Shown here: positions 10,535 through 25,612 of the stretch, piece after piece
Layout of the letters: every line of letters begins with the position of its first letter
Numbering within the stretch: the stretch's first letter is position 1
Source: Iphione sp. A-MEVVRFRX5
Lineage: Eukaryota
Length of the DNA stretch: 64,000 bases
Direction of reading: 5' to 3'
Assembly: GCA_976226885.1 (NCBI GenBank)
Contig: OZ320319.1
Span: 25,854,001 to 25,918,000 of the forward strand
Position numbers and translations under genes: made by a program
The notes under the pieces: generated by a model
What the model was told of the DNA's origin: nothing
The model's database searches: none
What the model saw: only the letters and a program-made list of their open reading frames with translations

Positions 10535-13500
10535 AGCCAACTAAAACATATCTGCTGTGTTCTGTTTGTATGTTTATTCAAGCTTATTGAATTTTTATCA
10601 ACTGCTCAATGTCACCTGTGCCAAGTGGTTATATTATCATTTCCTATTTAAAAGTACGTATTTCCTTATCTCAAACCCGAAAACAAAGGGCATGGAGAAT
10701 GATTCTAAAGACGTTTTCACCAGGTAGGACAACCAATGTATATTTATTTTGTTTTATATTCATGTGAAACAACCTCGTGGTAGACAATTAGAGGTCGTCT
10801 TTGCGCGGGGCACGTCTGTAACCGGCGAGGAAATGGAAGTATGTATCATGTATACATCTGAAGGTGATATATGCAGACAAAGCTGTAGCCTGCTCGCGAG
10901 CAAGAGACTTGGACAACGGTTGGCAGGATTATGCAGAGGGTAGTTTCAGAAGTCATCAAACCAGAACAAAAGAGTGTGGACTGCACACCACGTGGAGCTG
11001 ACGTTCTTTGCGGAGGAAATAAAGCCGAGCGTTGTGCCCACAATGATAGATGGGCCCTTGTCTGGCTCAGGGAAGGAATCGGCTAAATCCGCGCCCAACG
11101 AAAACCAGACGCCCCTGGTCTAATATCGGAGTCCGGGGAGAAGAAATGGGGAAGGGCGTGGGTGGAGAGAGAAGGTATGGTATACAGGAGATTACAGAAG
11201 GTGGGTGGGTGGGCGGAAATTAGTGTAGGAAACGTAAAGGAAGGGTTGGGTAAGGAACGTAATGAAGAGGAAATGAAAAAGAATGGAAAACATGGTTGAA
11301 AAACTCGGGGTGGGGGACATACATATGTACGCGGAAGAAATACAACCTTAAAACAGAAGACTATAGAAATGTACGGGGGGGAATTTAAGGGACGGAATGA
11401 GGAAGAAGGCAACAGAAGTTATTTAGGAAAGGCAGAACCGATGGGAAATACACTATTTCGAAACAAATGAATCAATTTGACCTTATCATGGGAAATCATG
11501 CCCTTCATAAGCTCTATATGTCGCGTGAGCAATAGTTTCTATTTGTTTTTTCACCCGGCGACAGAATGAGTCTAGTTTGACCTTTTTCTAGCGGAAGTAT
11601 TGAGGCCATCTGCCGGCGGAATACTCATGAGTAACCGGGTGTGCATGCAGAAGTTGGATATTAATATTACCTTTAACTGAACAGTCTCAGCTTTCGGGGG
11701 GCTTTTTCTCCATAGAAAACTGTTAAGTACTAAAGCAGATAAAACTATTTTTGCTTGCTGGAATAACCAAGGGTACTGCGCGAACCATCCCACGACTGAC
11801 TGTCAACAATATCTGGCAGGTACATGGGGAGCATTCGGTTGAACGACAAAGACGAGAAAACACACCAGAGACTTTCAGGGACGTGATTTGTGTCTCGCCA
11901 TTGCCTATGTTGGTAGAATACGTCATTTATCAAATCGCGTTAGTTTTTTCTACTCTTTTCAAGCAATATTTCATTCCTACTTCCTTAGGGCAAACCATAT
12001 TCATATGTATTCATATGGACTTTTCGTTTTATAGTAATTAATCAAATTAATAATAGAAAATTAATAATAGACACGAGATGCAGTTAAGTTGCAGAATGAG
12101 AGAACCAGCAGTACGGTTTCCATGTGTCTGCATTTGTAAAACATATCACGGATATGTGTGTGCAGGGAATTGATGTGTCCTGAAAATGAACTACATGTAG
12201 ACCTATTCCAGGTGCACTAGTCTGGAATCCAGAGTTCCAAATCTGATGTTTGAAACAAGCAATGTCCCAAAATTTTCCCATAGCCTGGTCTCTGGACACA
12301 GTAATTTTCTGGTGCACAGTAAAGCACAATAATGTAGAAGAATAGATTATTAAGATGGATAAAATCTAGGTGATTTGCATATCATTTTTCATAAACAGAC
12401 CCACAAATTACACAAATTTGTCAGGTATTCCTCAAGGTCTGCACAAAGTAAACACACATATCTACACGGGAGACAGAGAAGGGCAGAAAATGCACCATAT
12501 GCATGGAGTAGGCCCGTCTGTGTGTGTCTGGAAACAGGCCATAAAACACTATAATTTCAAGCAAGGACACCATATACGGACACAAGGTACTTAAGTTTAG
12601 AGTTTAATTGGTATCATTGATTATATTATAGTATTATGTATGTAACATAAGGAACAAAAAGAAATTGTAGAGTCAGTTACTGTTCATAATCTTTGACAAC
12701 AGTAGACACAAAAAGTGTCTTGATAAAAAAGACACTATAATTAGCTCCAATAGAGCACTTCACGGTGTTTAAACCTTACTACGTGTATGTATATGTTTGG
12801 CTGGATTATAACATGTAAAAGGGTCTGCGTGTATTGAAACCATAAAATGAAATAGAAGCATAAAATATTATTGTATCCCTCCTCTCTGCGACTGAAAAAA
12901 ACATTCACAATGCTTACTTTCAATGCCTATGCATATACTTTGCTTTCCCGCATGTAAGGCTCTTTGTTCACAATATTAGGGTGGCTTCAATTTAAAGTTA
13001 ATTGAAATCCTCTCAATCAAAACGCTACAAACAGCGTGAAAGTAGGTCATTTATCACTCCGAGTCCCCTCCGATGCTGACAGTTGATTACTTTGGATCTT
13101 TTACTGAGGGAAAACAAGGTGAATACACACCTATCAGGAAATAGATCCATCACAACTTGCCTCAGAGTGGCTTGGGTCAAGCCTTCACACTTTTTTCAAT
13201 CGGTCCTGCCTAGAATGAACATGTGATAATGGATGGAGACTAAAACGAAAAGATTATGACAAAGCTATTTCGTTGTAGCACTGGCTAACGCTGACTGATT
13301 GTTTTGATAATGGAGACCTCTTTAATCAAGGCAGTAAACACACGGCTGTCTAGAAATCCCTTGATTTGTGCTTATGTCACCCAGTGAGCTAGTCAGACGG
13401 ATCCCACCTTCAATTTAAGTAAAACGTGGCTAGAGCATGGCCAGACCCACCTTCAATTTATCATTTGGTTCTCTCAAAGTGACCATATGTCCTATCCTCT

Positions 13501-16500
13501 GTTGATTGGGTCTCCCCATCACTATATTCCCATTGCTAAACGCAATATGACTCGGATACTGAGATTTATTGATGTCTAATTAAGTAAATTAAATGGATTT
13601 CTCATAAGGTTGCCAATTACGACTGACTGCTATCCAGTAAAACATTAATTCCAGTCGTAGCAAGAATGACCGAAGTGATAACAACCCGCCTCAGATTAAA
13701 AATTCAGGCAGTATAATTTCTCTTTCAACACCGCTTTATCCGTTTACTGAATTAATACAGCGATTCGCGGGGGGGGGGGGGCAGGAGACCCCATAAAGCA
13801 ATTTTTGCACAATGCGGATGCAAGTGTCCTTATATTTAAATGAAGTGTTGTGTTTTTTGGCTACGTGGGCTGAATGGAGTGAAGTTTCCCAGTTTAGAAT
13901 TTCAGGTCGGGACTGTAATCTTTCTAGGAGCTACATCTATTGGGATAACACTGTGACATATGTCGCTCTAGCGTTAATTTATAGCCTCGGTGATACAGCC
14001 GTGCAGGTGAAAATATATGAATAAAGAGGAAAACAGTGATTGAACTCTCCTCTTCGTATCTCTTATGACGAGACTCACTAGACATCCGAACTTGTATCTC
14101 TATATGTACATCGGTCGATTTTGCCCCAGGCTTCCAATGATAACTTGTATCTTTGCTTAGATTGAATACCTGATATCATGTCGTAGTTTTACAGTTCCTT
14201 CGTGTATGATCATGCTACGGGTATTGCTGACACAATTTTGTTCAGAGTTATTGCCGCTTCACCACAGTCAACCTGGTATCTGTCGCCTTAGGTTACCTAT
14301 TTCCAAGGTAGATATAAGTCTTGCGGGATAGATTCGTACTTCCTAATGTAATTTATCCTCTGGATGATCCCGAGTCGTGATGCTTAACGCCTTCCGTGTT
14401 AGTTCTGTCCTTAGTTTTCGTTTACTGTTAAAACCATATCTCTATCAATATTTAAATATTCTATGGACGTTTAACTCAGAAGGAAATAGCAATATTAATT
14501 TTGTATATCCATATTAAGTTTCACTTGTACATGTACATTGGATCGTTTTGATTACTTTTTGATCTGCGCTTTATTACCATCACTGAGTACATGTATTATG
14601 CCCATTCACATCAATTGCAACTAAACACATATGTCCATGGATCCTCCATGGGATCAGTCTTGTAATAATTCCTCTGAAACGGGGAAGTTATTTTTGACTT
14701 TCATATATAAACATTGATTTCCAGCAGACCATATTTTCAGGCGACCATATTCCTTTGATTGGGACTTTCATGATAAATGTCACAAACTACTTGCGACCTT
14801 CTCCATCAGAATCACTCACATTTCCTAATACCAACATTTCCAATTTTCATGACATTTGGGAAAAAAAGCTTTTTTGACATGTTGCAGCCAATCAAAGGTG
14901 ACATTTCTGAGAGTGACAAAGAGTGACATTGCTGAGAATTTGGTTCTTACGGTTATGTGACTCATTGTAAGAAAGAATCAAAATCATATTTAGAAGTAGA
15001 ATTCTAAGCTGTAATTAACACTGATAAATTTGGACCTTTTAGTTTATTATATACAGGAGAAAACCTTGGTACTATGTCTCCCCAAAACAAGGGTCAAATC
15101 TTTCATTTGGAGAGACTTATTTTGTTGGAACCAATGCTGTTATCTCTTAGAATTGGGGGCATTCCCTAAATGTGGACACTTTCACTGGGAAGCAACGATG
15201 TCCCCAGTTCTAAGGTTCTACTTTACACGATAACTGATTTCTTCAGTTATTATACCACAGGAAAGTTTATGGAGGTTTGATAAATTGTTGGCACCTTTGT
15301 TTATCAGGAATACAATGGTACAGGTGGTCCCAACTTTCTCCTAAATGCAGAACATTTCAGATTTGAATTTATTTGTGTGGTGAATGAAAAGTTAGAATCA
15401 ATGAGAAATAGCAAATATTGATCTATGTCTGTGACTTTAAATCACGAACTGATTCCCAAAAATAACCAAGAAGTGCTTTAACTAAAATGACATGATAAAG
15501 TTCATGGGTTTTGATGAAGATGATTTTTTCACGTTAAAATGTACACTGGTCCTCAAATCGAGACGAAAATGAAACCTGCTAAGTAAGAATCAGGTTGAAA
15601 GGTTATAGGTCTTCCCTTATTCAGTGCAACAGACTTATTGAAACCATCATCAGGTCCTTATAAAATAATAAGAGAGGAGTAATAATCCCTACTGTCTGCA
15701 TTACTAAAGATCCTTCCTGCTAGAAAAAGTGTCAGGAAGAAACGTTACTTTGCCCAGCTGCGGCTAACACACAGGAAACCTTTACTTAAAGCTGTATCAT
15801 CACATTACAAACGAGAATCCCATTTGGGATTTGTCTCTACTGCAAGCACTACCTCCGCAATTCGGCCTCCAGGCTAAACCCGAAGCATGCTTACCACAAA
15901 AGCGTGATCCCGTATGAATTGTTGGCACACTTCAAAGGATCTGACTATTACTTTAGTAAAATAGACCAGATGATGATTATTGGTGGTGTGGCTTTAGGTA
16001 ATTTAGGAAACATTTCTGCGGCCTTCTAGTCCTACTTAAATTCTGATGCACGTTATGCAGTGTGGATGACTGCAGGAGCTTTTATCTGTTTCCTTTAATA
16101 GAAAGATAATTACTCTTGTAATAAAAAACAGCTCCGTTGGCCAGTGACAATTGAAGCAATGCTTTATTTATCATTGGGCAAAGTTTTACAGTCCTCTAGA
16201 GAAAGCAACTCGGAATTATCGGCAGACATAAAGATTATGATGTGTTATACTTCATACACACTTTGTGCCAGATAAAATTATCGTTATTGTTACAACAAAC
16301 CATGGAAAAACAAAACCTCATGTTCCCTAGCCAATGATGTAGACAAATATGAAGATTTTAGCTGCTGGTCAAGACCTAATGAAATCAACTATATGATGTA
16401 CAAGGTTCAAACTGCTGCATATCAGAAAAGTGGTTCATTATTGTAGACAACCAGCCAGAAACCATGACAACAATTGCGTAAATCAATAGACTTGTTCACT

Positions 16501-18597
16501 CGTTTTAAATGACTGTCAAGTTTCATTCTCTTCCGTCATGCTCAACTGGCAACTCTCTGAACTCTGGTGTTTAAAGCGCCAGTCGGTTTTGGAGAAATTA
16601 TCTTCCTTTTTGGTGGGCATTGTCTAAGCGTATTCATCAAAGGTTGAAATAGATATTTCTTAAGCATCGGGAATACAACAGAACCTCATTGCTATATTCC
16701 TGTGGGTGATGGCCTATCCATGAAGCCTTTAAACGTCGTCAACCTCAGAAACGGGACTTCAGAAAACGAACTTTCCTACTCTCTTAGGGAGCTCATTTGA
16801 AAGAAACACAACTAATTGAAGTTACATTTTTCATGTTTCTCTCTTTGGAATTTCAAGTTAAATTCCACGATCCCTCTGTTCTGTTGTTTACACTTAGAAA
16901 CGAATGTAAAATCATTTGTATCACATTGTGTATTTCTTTCAACCTAGCTGCAATTTTACAGCAATTGGGCATACATAATTATGTATTCCATAGGTCCGGC
17001 AGATGATGATGCAGACAGCATGCAGGGTAGTGGGTATTTGAATCAGTCCTATAAGCATAGATTTCCTTAGGTCTAGTGTATGCATCCATATCTTTGCATA
17101 TAACGTTTTAAACAGATACTCTCCATGTATTTCCAACGTTAAGAACTCTCGTAATGCAGTATATATACGTTCGAAGAAAATACTTTATCAGAAACATGTA
17201 AATTGATTGAAACAGCCAATTCATCCAAAGGGTAATAATTTTCAGTCATGTGACCTATATAGTTGCAGGGGTAAATAAAGATGTTTTAGACTGCCAAACA
17301 GCGAATTTGATTGAGCGATCGAATGGTCGCTTCAATATACAGATGATAACATGGTTTCTGTTTATATTAAATTCCTTTACAGACAGTAAATTCCACCTTG
17401 GAACAATTTTTCATGTTTTGATGATATTGTGGTTTCCTATAAATAACAATGTTTTAGCTGATAAAAATTGCAAGAGAAATTTTTCGTACACGCTAATGCT
17501 AATATGTATGCAAGGCCGACTTTTTAAAATAAAATTCTGCCAACTTTTCGATTTTTAGACAATATATTGCACGTGTGTTCTGGCCTTTGAAACTAACCTA
17601 CAATTCAGTGTATCCAAGGGTTGTCTGCAGTTTCTCTGCTGTTACTAGTGCCATTTGTAAAGAAATGATGGGATGACCACCAGAACAGAAGCATCCGAGA
17701 GGAGCTTTCAAAACATCAAACTACATGAATTCCAAACACTTCCTGTTTGCATGTACAAAAAAAAACAAACAGACCCTTTTCTGAAAGCTGTTGATCAGAG
17801 CATGGTATCATTCGACAGATTTAAAATAAAACGGTGTATTTTAAGCTATGATTAATAATACAAAAAGGGAAAACGTATTAAATATATAGTTCCCATAGTG
17901 TGATAGACAATATATTTAACAGAACAACTACAGACATAAAGTTTTAATGCCAGCATTCATTATTTACGCCTGATAACGTACTCATCTGCTGTAGTGATTT
18001 ACTTTGCCCATCGACGTAATGGTCATAGACGCACGGGCAGCATGAATATGAATAATGTGTATACATGTATGGCTTCATAAAGATGACTACATCAAGATTC
18101 TGTGTAATTTGATGACGGAAAATAAACACGATTCATTCTACAGATGAGACCTAGCTCTGTAAGTTCCCCCACTTCACCAGAGCATCAGTATGTGCGGTGA
18201 AAAAAAACCTACTTCAACGGCAAGTTATTCATGGCATGTTAGAGTCATACCTACTACAGTGGCTGAGTGGCTGAGACGTGTTGGATTCAAAGTACATCCA
18301 CACATCCATACATCCACACACACCCCATGCTTACAAGCAGTATCAACACACCCCTGCACACGGAGGGTCACTCCCGCATGTTTAGCCCAGAAAGCAGGGA
18401 TGACTGTCGACTGGAGAAGCCGTCCGTGAATGGACTGCCTCTTCAAGCGCCTGACAGCTGTTGCCCTCCCGTTGTCCCCTCACTCGAAATTACCGGCCCG
18501 CGGCCCCGGCGTTTCTCCCCGCTGTCTTATATACCGAGTATCTCCCTTTGATTCTTACGATAAGACTTCATGACACATTGGGGGATAAATCCTGAGG

Positions 18598-18667
18598 GAT
18601 TGTTGGCCTTCCTAGTGCACCCAGAACAATCTGATTGTTGGCCTTCCTAGTGCACCCAGAACAATCT
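18598..18667. repeat. Perfect 35-bp tandem duplication; each unit has 7-bp inverted ends (GATTGTT...AACAATC)
   Basis: GATTGTTGGCCTTCCTAGTGCACCCAGAACAATCT occurs twice in tandem. Confidence 0.92.
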
Positions 18668-19870
18668 GAGAATAAAGCCCCCCCCCCTTTTGCATGTCCA
18701 TTACGAAAAGGGATTTAAGTTTTCCTTTGTCTCTGGGCACTTCGGTGCATAATGCCATACAGTAAGAAATAAGGGGAAGGTAGACATTTTCGTGGCGTAA
18801 ATGAAGCCGTAGACTCTAGTTTGTAAGGCAATGGACAAACGTCTGTGAAACCTGCCCCCGAAAAAGGAGTCAGGCATAGGTACAAACACTGTGCCTACCG
18901 TGGCGTTCGGCCTCACGGGGATTGGAAACGTGACTGCCATCATAATTCTGGGACTGAAATTCAAGCAGGAGATAATGATGAACAAGAATAGGATCAGAAA
19001 TAAGTCTATTTTTGTTTCCTACATGGACTAATCGGAGCTCTTAGCTGCAGGCAGCAAGCAGATAGCACAAGAGGAAACTAGCCTACATGTAGGCCATTTA
19101 GCTTATAGGGTGGCAGGTCCTTTGACTCTCCAAACGCAGACACCTTAAAACATTGAGGTGCTCACTTTTTGTGCACCATAGAAGTTAAAACTAAGGTATT
19201 CCCAATGAATTAAATTGTTGCTTGCAGGTTGGTATTAAATCACCAACACGTCGAAGAAATTCTATAGTGGATCATGACTGGTGGCCAGAGAACTACGACA
19301 AAAACATGACATTGTGCAGGGTAGTGGGATAAAGTTTAATCTTTTGAGTGTGTACATGAAGCTGTGATAGATGAGAGATGAGAATGTGATCACGTCAATA
19401 TGTAGAGAGTCTGAATGTCAGGATGGTTCAGATTGACACATTTGCTCTTTCTGATGAAAATTGTGATTTATCTAGATTAATGATGATTGTTCTTTTTCCA
19501 TTTTTTTAATCATTTGCTTCCTTGAAATGTTTTTGACAATATTGCTCTGTTCATAAAGTCTATCTTTTCACTATTCCTCAGTCGAGTGAAGATCACTTAA
19601 CATTAATAGTTCTCAGGACCCAGCGTTGGAGTTCTTTAGTAGGTGGCCCTACTTAAGGCACTTGTATCGATCGTGACGAAAAATGGCAATGAGTGAAGCC
19701 AATGGCCCCCTAAGGATATTTCCTGGTGTTAGACAAGATCAAATATCATTTTCTACAGGTTTACAGGTTTTAACCAACAGTCGTTTTAGGGGACAATATA
19801 GCGTTTAGCCTCTGGAGCGGAACCAATCTCTTCAAAATGCTTGTTTTTTCGTCGGGTAGATCGCAAATAT

Positions 19871-20215
19871 TAGGCCTACTGAAAAAAAATATTTCTATTT
19901 CTGATAACCCGACCAACCCTGATTTTGGTTCCAATGGAGCGGTTTATTTTTTCCTTGTTTTGTGAATATCTTCAGAATAGGTAACACTGGAGATTCATAC
20001 GATATATCATTGTGTTCATTACATCATTAACCTTCATGTGATATAAATAATCATTAAGACCCCAACAGTAGATGTGATGGTTGTATGACTGTTAAATACT
20101 GTCTAGCCTTTTCACTGGGACATTTCTATAGTATGAAAAAAGAAGAATCCTACCGTCCCTATATTTTTTCAACATGTTACAAGGAACACATTTTTTTGGA
20201 GGGGGGGGGGGCTTA
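19871..20215. mobile_element. MITE family A, copy 1 (non-autonomous TIR DNA transposon)
   Basis: Starts TAGGCC..AAAAAAA..TGATAACCCGACC and ends ..GTTACAAGGAACACATTTTTTT..GGCTTA. It shares CCTTGTTTTGTGAATATCTTC with the 33.9-kb copy and CTGTCTAGCCTTTTCACTGG with the 40.5-kb copy. Confidence 0.7.
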
Positions 20216-22399
20216 TCATTCCATAAAAGCTTTATCCGTGCCATGCACAAGTGGTGAAGAGTCACTCTTCATAGGACAGCGATGTGATGGAAAAGCCCAG
20301 GTGTACCGAAATACATATCTATGTCTTGGCTAGAGCAAAAAACAGGCAAACTTTTTCGGGGTACCTTTCACACAGACTATCGGATGAACACAAGAACACA
20401 CGTTTCTCTCTCGGAAGACTGCCAATCTCTAGCAGACTCTTCAATGGCGAACGGGCACTCCATGTACAAGCAGTAGATATGTAAGCAGGTACAACAGATC
20501 AAGCTCTCAGGAGAGTAGCCAGGCCATGACAAAGCCGGATGTAATCTGACAGAGAAAGATTCGATCAGGACTACTTGTCGTATTCAAAATCAATGGGACG
20601 TTTATCGTATTTCCTGTTTACTTCCTCTAATATGCGGAATACACTCCCGAGATACACAAGTGTACCACATTCATTCCAACTATCGATGTAGATGTATTCT
20701 CATCCCCAACACAAGCAGGCTCAGACATTGAATAGATAAGTTAAAGAGACTAACAGCAGATTCCATTTACACCTTTGCGGGTTGGATTCAAACGATTCGG
20801 GTTCATGAAGTTTCATCGATGAAGGTATATACAGTATGTATGCCATATAGGCAGATTATTTTTATATTGATACGGGAACTACCTTGTATATAGTCTTACA
20901 CTAGACAACGACCGTGCTGTGCGAATATGTCGAATGTAAACACTTTAACTATGTGGGAGGATACATCTATATATGTGTGTGTGGTGGGTGTACATATACG
21001 CAGTGCAGTGACTCAAGTCTGCTTTCTATACTTGCATTGATGTATTTTTATGCATTTGTATTTCATTATCATTGACCATTACTATCTATGCATAGAAACA
21101 TAAGGTGTCCTTTTACTTGCATATGCGTTGTGTTGTATTGTTTCCCGCCATTCCCTTCCATTTCCCAGCAGTTTTCCTGCGTGTGGGTAATGAGTGTGTT
21201 CTACTGCAATGTCCTGAAATCTGCTGGAATTTTGCCAAATGTATTTTCTGCAAATGTCCTGAATTTGTGCAAAATGTGCATTTTTTCTGGAATCAGAACA
21301 TCGTATGATCGGCACAACTCCTACAATGGGTAAAGGTTCAGAACCCACAACAACATACCTAATAGGGACTAGAGATGCCTGCGGGCACCCTCTGTGGACA
21401 TCCTGAAGATGCCTGCAGGCACTCCCCAGGAGTGGCCTGAAGACACCTGCAGGCATTACTTAGGGCACATTATATCATGGAGTGTTTCTTGAATTTTGGC
21501 GATTTATTTCTCCAAAAAGAACACATTTCAAACAATTGTAATAATGTAACTTTTATCATTTATATAATAAATTTGTATTGATTTATAATTCTTTACATTG
21601 TATCCATTTAATGGGTGTCATTTACTAAAGTCTTCACCCTGCGGCAGGATAAAAAAAGACCCGTGTAGTGATTATATATCCAACCTGTCCCAATCCTCAA
21701 TCGGTTAAGAAGTCTGAAAAGTGCTGATCCAGACAGCTCAGAGTATAGCCAATTTTGTTTTGTTCCCGCTTGTGCCTCTATAAAACAGACAGAATCCCTT
21801 TAATGTAGACAACTTTTCTGTACTCACAGCCATCGCGCAATTATTTAGAAGTATCAATGCCAATATAGGAGATCCGTTTCCTTAGAGAACATGATATGAC
21901 ACTTCTTAATGAGAAAAGTCCAGACTTTCTATTGTAACATGAAGCTTCCTCTCTCGGGAAGTCGACTTATTTGAATTGCGTTTGTGTTCTTTGCACAATA
22001 GTGCGGTGTCAATTTACTACATCCAGCACGAAGAGCTAAAAGACTTTAAGCAGTATTATAAAATATTCATAGGTAGTATTAAAACTTAATTATCATATTC
22101 TGCACAGTAATTATCTCGGAAGGAAGTGTTTTCGTCAAATCTGCACGAAAGTCACGGTACACGCGTGGGAAAACTATTTTCCTGTCAATGTGCCCTTTAC
22201 ATTCCGTTCTTGCAAAAGGCAGAGGGATAAATATTAACAGGCAAAAGGCAAGCCTGGAATATCAAGAATGACCGCGGTGTGGTTATGTGCACATCTATAT
22301 AAGCCTGTTCGCTAGAAACCTTTCTTTTGACATTCGACATTTTACCTAGGAGTCCAAGGAGGGTTGGTATACTTCTCAAACAAACAGCTGATGTCTCGG

Positions 22400-22745
22400 T
22401 GGATATTATGTTTTCTCGGTGATATAAATTTATTTATACTCAACTTCTTGCTGCATTGTACACAGAACCTTTAATACAAAACGCCGAGATCTTGATATGT
22501 GTAATGCTCACCTGTGATACACTTTTGCATATCCGGGACTTCTGGTAATCAGTGTAGCTATTTATGCGACTTTTGTCATACCCTTACCGTAAGTAAGCAT
22601 ATTTGCACGAAATTGTTGTTATTATTTTTCTTCACCGGTTGTCAAACAACACTGTATATATGTGCATTGATCACGGATATCTTAGTGTAATTGTTCGCTG
22701 AGAATGGTCAATAAACAATTCTTATTCTTATTCTTATTCTTATTC
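22400..22745 (+). mobile_element. 3' end of a non-LTR retroelement with AATAAA and (TTATTC)n tail
   Basis: CAATAAACAATTCTTATTCTTATTCTTATTCTTATTC ends at about 22745. The upstream body is too decayed to classify and the start coordinate is approximate. Confidence 0.45.
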
Positions 22746-24639
22746 TCTCCCCTCATTACGTATCAAATTACCTTGTCACGTGTGACTTCCTCGCTCTTTA
22801 TAAGATGCATATTTTTATAACAACCTATCTTGATAGATACACGTGTAAATAGCGTACGACCATGGTCCCAAAGTTTACCGGAGGATTTGTATTCGCTGAT
22901 TTACCTTTCGGGAACTACTTCGTGCGTGTTCTTTATATTGGCACGGAAAGATAGAGATGAGCGAGGAGGAAATGATGTCCGGGACCTATCATTTCCTCGT
23001 AGGGAACGCAGGGGGCCTCTGCCTAAAGACAAGAGTCTTGATCATAAATTTCCACACCTCCCTATCTCCCGGTAGCTCTCCTATCGATTAATAGTAAGAG
23101 GGGATATCGCGAGCTGAGGAGAAAGAGGAACCAGAGGAGAGAGCGAGAAGGTGGAGTTGGAGAGAGATAGACGGATTGAGAGACAAGTGGAGAGGGAAAC
23201 CAAGGAAAAATAGGATTGGTTCAGGATGGGTTGTGGTAAAGAGACAATGATGAGTAGGGAGACAGAGGGAAAAAAATTTGAGATGCAACGGACAAGTGAA
23301 GTAAGCTTCATTTGGAGCTAAATAAATCAAACACAATTTCTTCCTTATTCTATCAGTTGGATTCCCTCACATCTAGCCTTAGCTTCTTCCCTTTCCCTTC
23401 CTTTCTTCATTTCCATCTAGAATGTGCGGTTCAGTCCCCAAGTATTCCTAACTGCATGTCGTCCAGGTCCCTAACGTTTTTGATGCTGTTCTGACCTTAT
23501 TGATTGAAAGAGACATTTTGAAAGCAGAAATCCCGCCAGTCCCTCGCCCTGGGCTAGGGAACCTGGGGATGTATCTGTCAGAACATCTTTCAGCCATCTA
23601 AATCCTTGCACAACATATTACTCTTATAAATATTGGATACATTAAGTGATATACATGTAATTGTAAAAAATGTCCAGTCCCTGTCATGACAGTATTTTGT
23701 TAGTGGTTGACTATATTAACAACAATAAAAGATACACCCGTACAGCAGAGAGATATGGTATTCTATGTATGCTTAAAATCAAATAAATGTCATTTGCGAA
23801 AAGTACGCTAACCCTTTGGGTAACAGCTGTAAATCAAATGTCAAAATGTGATGTTTAGGAAAAGTAAGTGGACTAGTGATGGGCAGGTTAATTGTGACGA
23901 TCATCATCAAACTGTCAATTGTAAAAAAAAGGTACGAAAATAGACATTATGTCCAAATTTTAAAACCCCATGAAACAAAGAAAAAGAAAAAAACGAAAAA
24001 CACAGCACACAACAAGACATGCATCTCGAATATTACAGTGACTAATTGACCTTACAGGAAAAGAAAATTCGTCCAATGCATAATGCGACAGAGCCTGCTG
24101 ATGTTCGTCCAATGCCATTAGCCCCTGTCTACTTGGATATTGACGTCAGCACAGCTCACCTTCACCTTATCCTTTGCTATTAGCAAATAGGAAGAGCTAT
24201 ATCCACTACACACGCCCACTATATATAGGCATTCTGGACTAGGATTTCCATATACATGTAGCATTACCCAGTGTACCGTTCTGTAGAGGTGAATGCTAGT
24301 TTGTGACTACCCTTCTGTTCTGAGCTTAAGTGGTCACATTAACACATAGCAGACTTTTTTTTTATACGTTTATTTATTACTGGAGTATTGGGAGGCCATA
24401 CGGCCTTACATTTCCAGCAGCTCCTTAAGTCTATCAAACAGCATAAGCAATTACATAGTGCTATAATCTGGGGAATTGTCTGGAGATAGTTGGCATTTTC
24501 GTTATTGCAAAGGTCAAATTCTCAGATGAGAAAGACCAACGACGGAGTACTTAACTAGTATGGGGTGATTACAAGTTGCAGTTAATTATTAGAGCATGCA
24601 ATAGGATTTGACTGAGTTTATTCATTATCAAAAGTGGCA

Positions 24640-24790
24640 AATTTGACAAGTAAATATAAAAAACAGGGAATTTGACAACTAAAAGTCCTAAAAGTGGTGA
24701 ATTTGACAAGTAAAAGTGAATTTGATGACTAAATTCCTAAAATTTGATGGGACATAGACCAAAAAGCAGTGAATTTGATCAATAAAAGTC
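24640..24790. repeat. Degenerate short tandem array built on (G)AATTTGAC/T..AAAAGT
   Basis: AATTTGA recurs six times at irregular ~18-30 nt spacing. Confidence 0.6.
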
Positions 24791-25519
24791 TTAAAGGTTT
24801 CTATGAGCACAGGCATCTAAGACGTCGCACTATTACCTCTGGTTGCACTTTTGACAATTAATAACCCTTCAACACTTTAAGCTTCGACATCTGAGACATA
24901 GCTTGGACATCTGAGACACCTGTGGCCGTATAAACCCGCCAAATCATGGTCTAAAACCGCCAATTGGGTTGCCCTCTCACCTCTGTCCACAAAGTGATAC
25001 TCAAATTCTACAGAAAAGACCCAAAGGTGTGCTCACAGGCTGGTTTGGGTGCAAATTGGTCTGCCCGTATAGTGGTATTTTGACATACATATTAACAAAG
25101 AGAAAAATTCCATTTCAAGTCGATCTTGCCTTACTGGCAGTTTGGGTCACATTCCGGTATGATTGCAAAGCAACAATTGACTGTATATGAGTTCTGTTTG
25201 AAAAACAACCTACAGAATGAAATTTCTCAGCTCATTCCTTTGTCATTTGGTACTTCATCTTTAATGCACTAACACATATGAGAGCAACAAAGGTTCTAGG
25301 ATATACCCATGTGGCAGTCCTAAACTTATGCAGTCCAAAATTCATGGTTTGTTCAAGGAATCCACTTAGATTATTCTTAAACTAGGGTGGGGCACTGACC
25401 AACCTTTGTGTTAATACATGTCAAAGGTGAACCGGGGCAAATACCTTCTGAATGCAGATGGACAAAGTCTGAATCTGTTGTTCATTTGCTCATGGACTGT
25501 CTGAATCATTCTTTCCAGA

Positions 25520-25612
25520 AAAGATAACCAAGTGTTTTCTAAGTAGATTTCCAGCCTGCTCCGCACTGCCTTTTCTATAATCTTACTCAGTACAGAGGGC
25601 AACCTGTTCAGT
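25520..25612 (-). pseudogene. LINE reverse transcriptase fragment
   Basis: The translation RLPSVLSKIIEKAVRSRLEIYLEN resembles the LINE RT motif LLP.LSK..EK.V..RL..YLE. Confidence 0.6.

Noticed and set aside
13600-14500. Possible decayed CR1-like LINE on the minus strand
   Set aside because: Only a faint DMI-like motif amid many stops; not enough to call.
18256-18295. tRNA A-box-like TGGCTGAGTGG (possible SINE head)
   Set aside because: No B-box (GTTCRA) follows at the expected distance.
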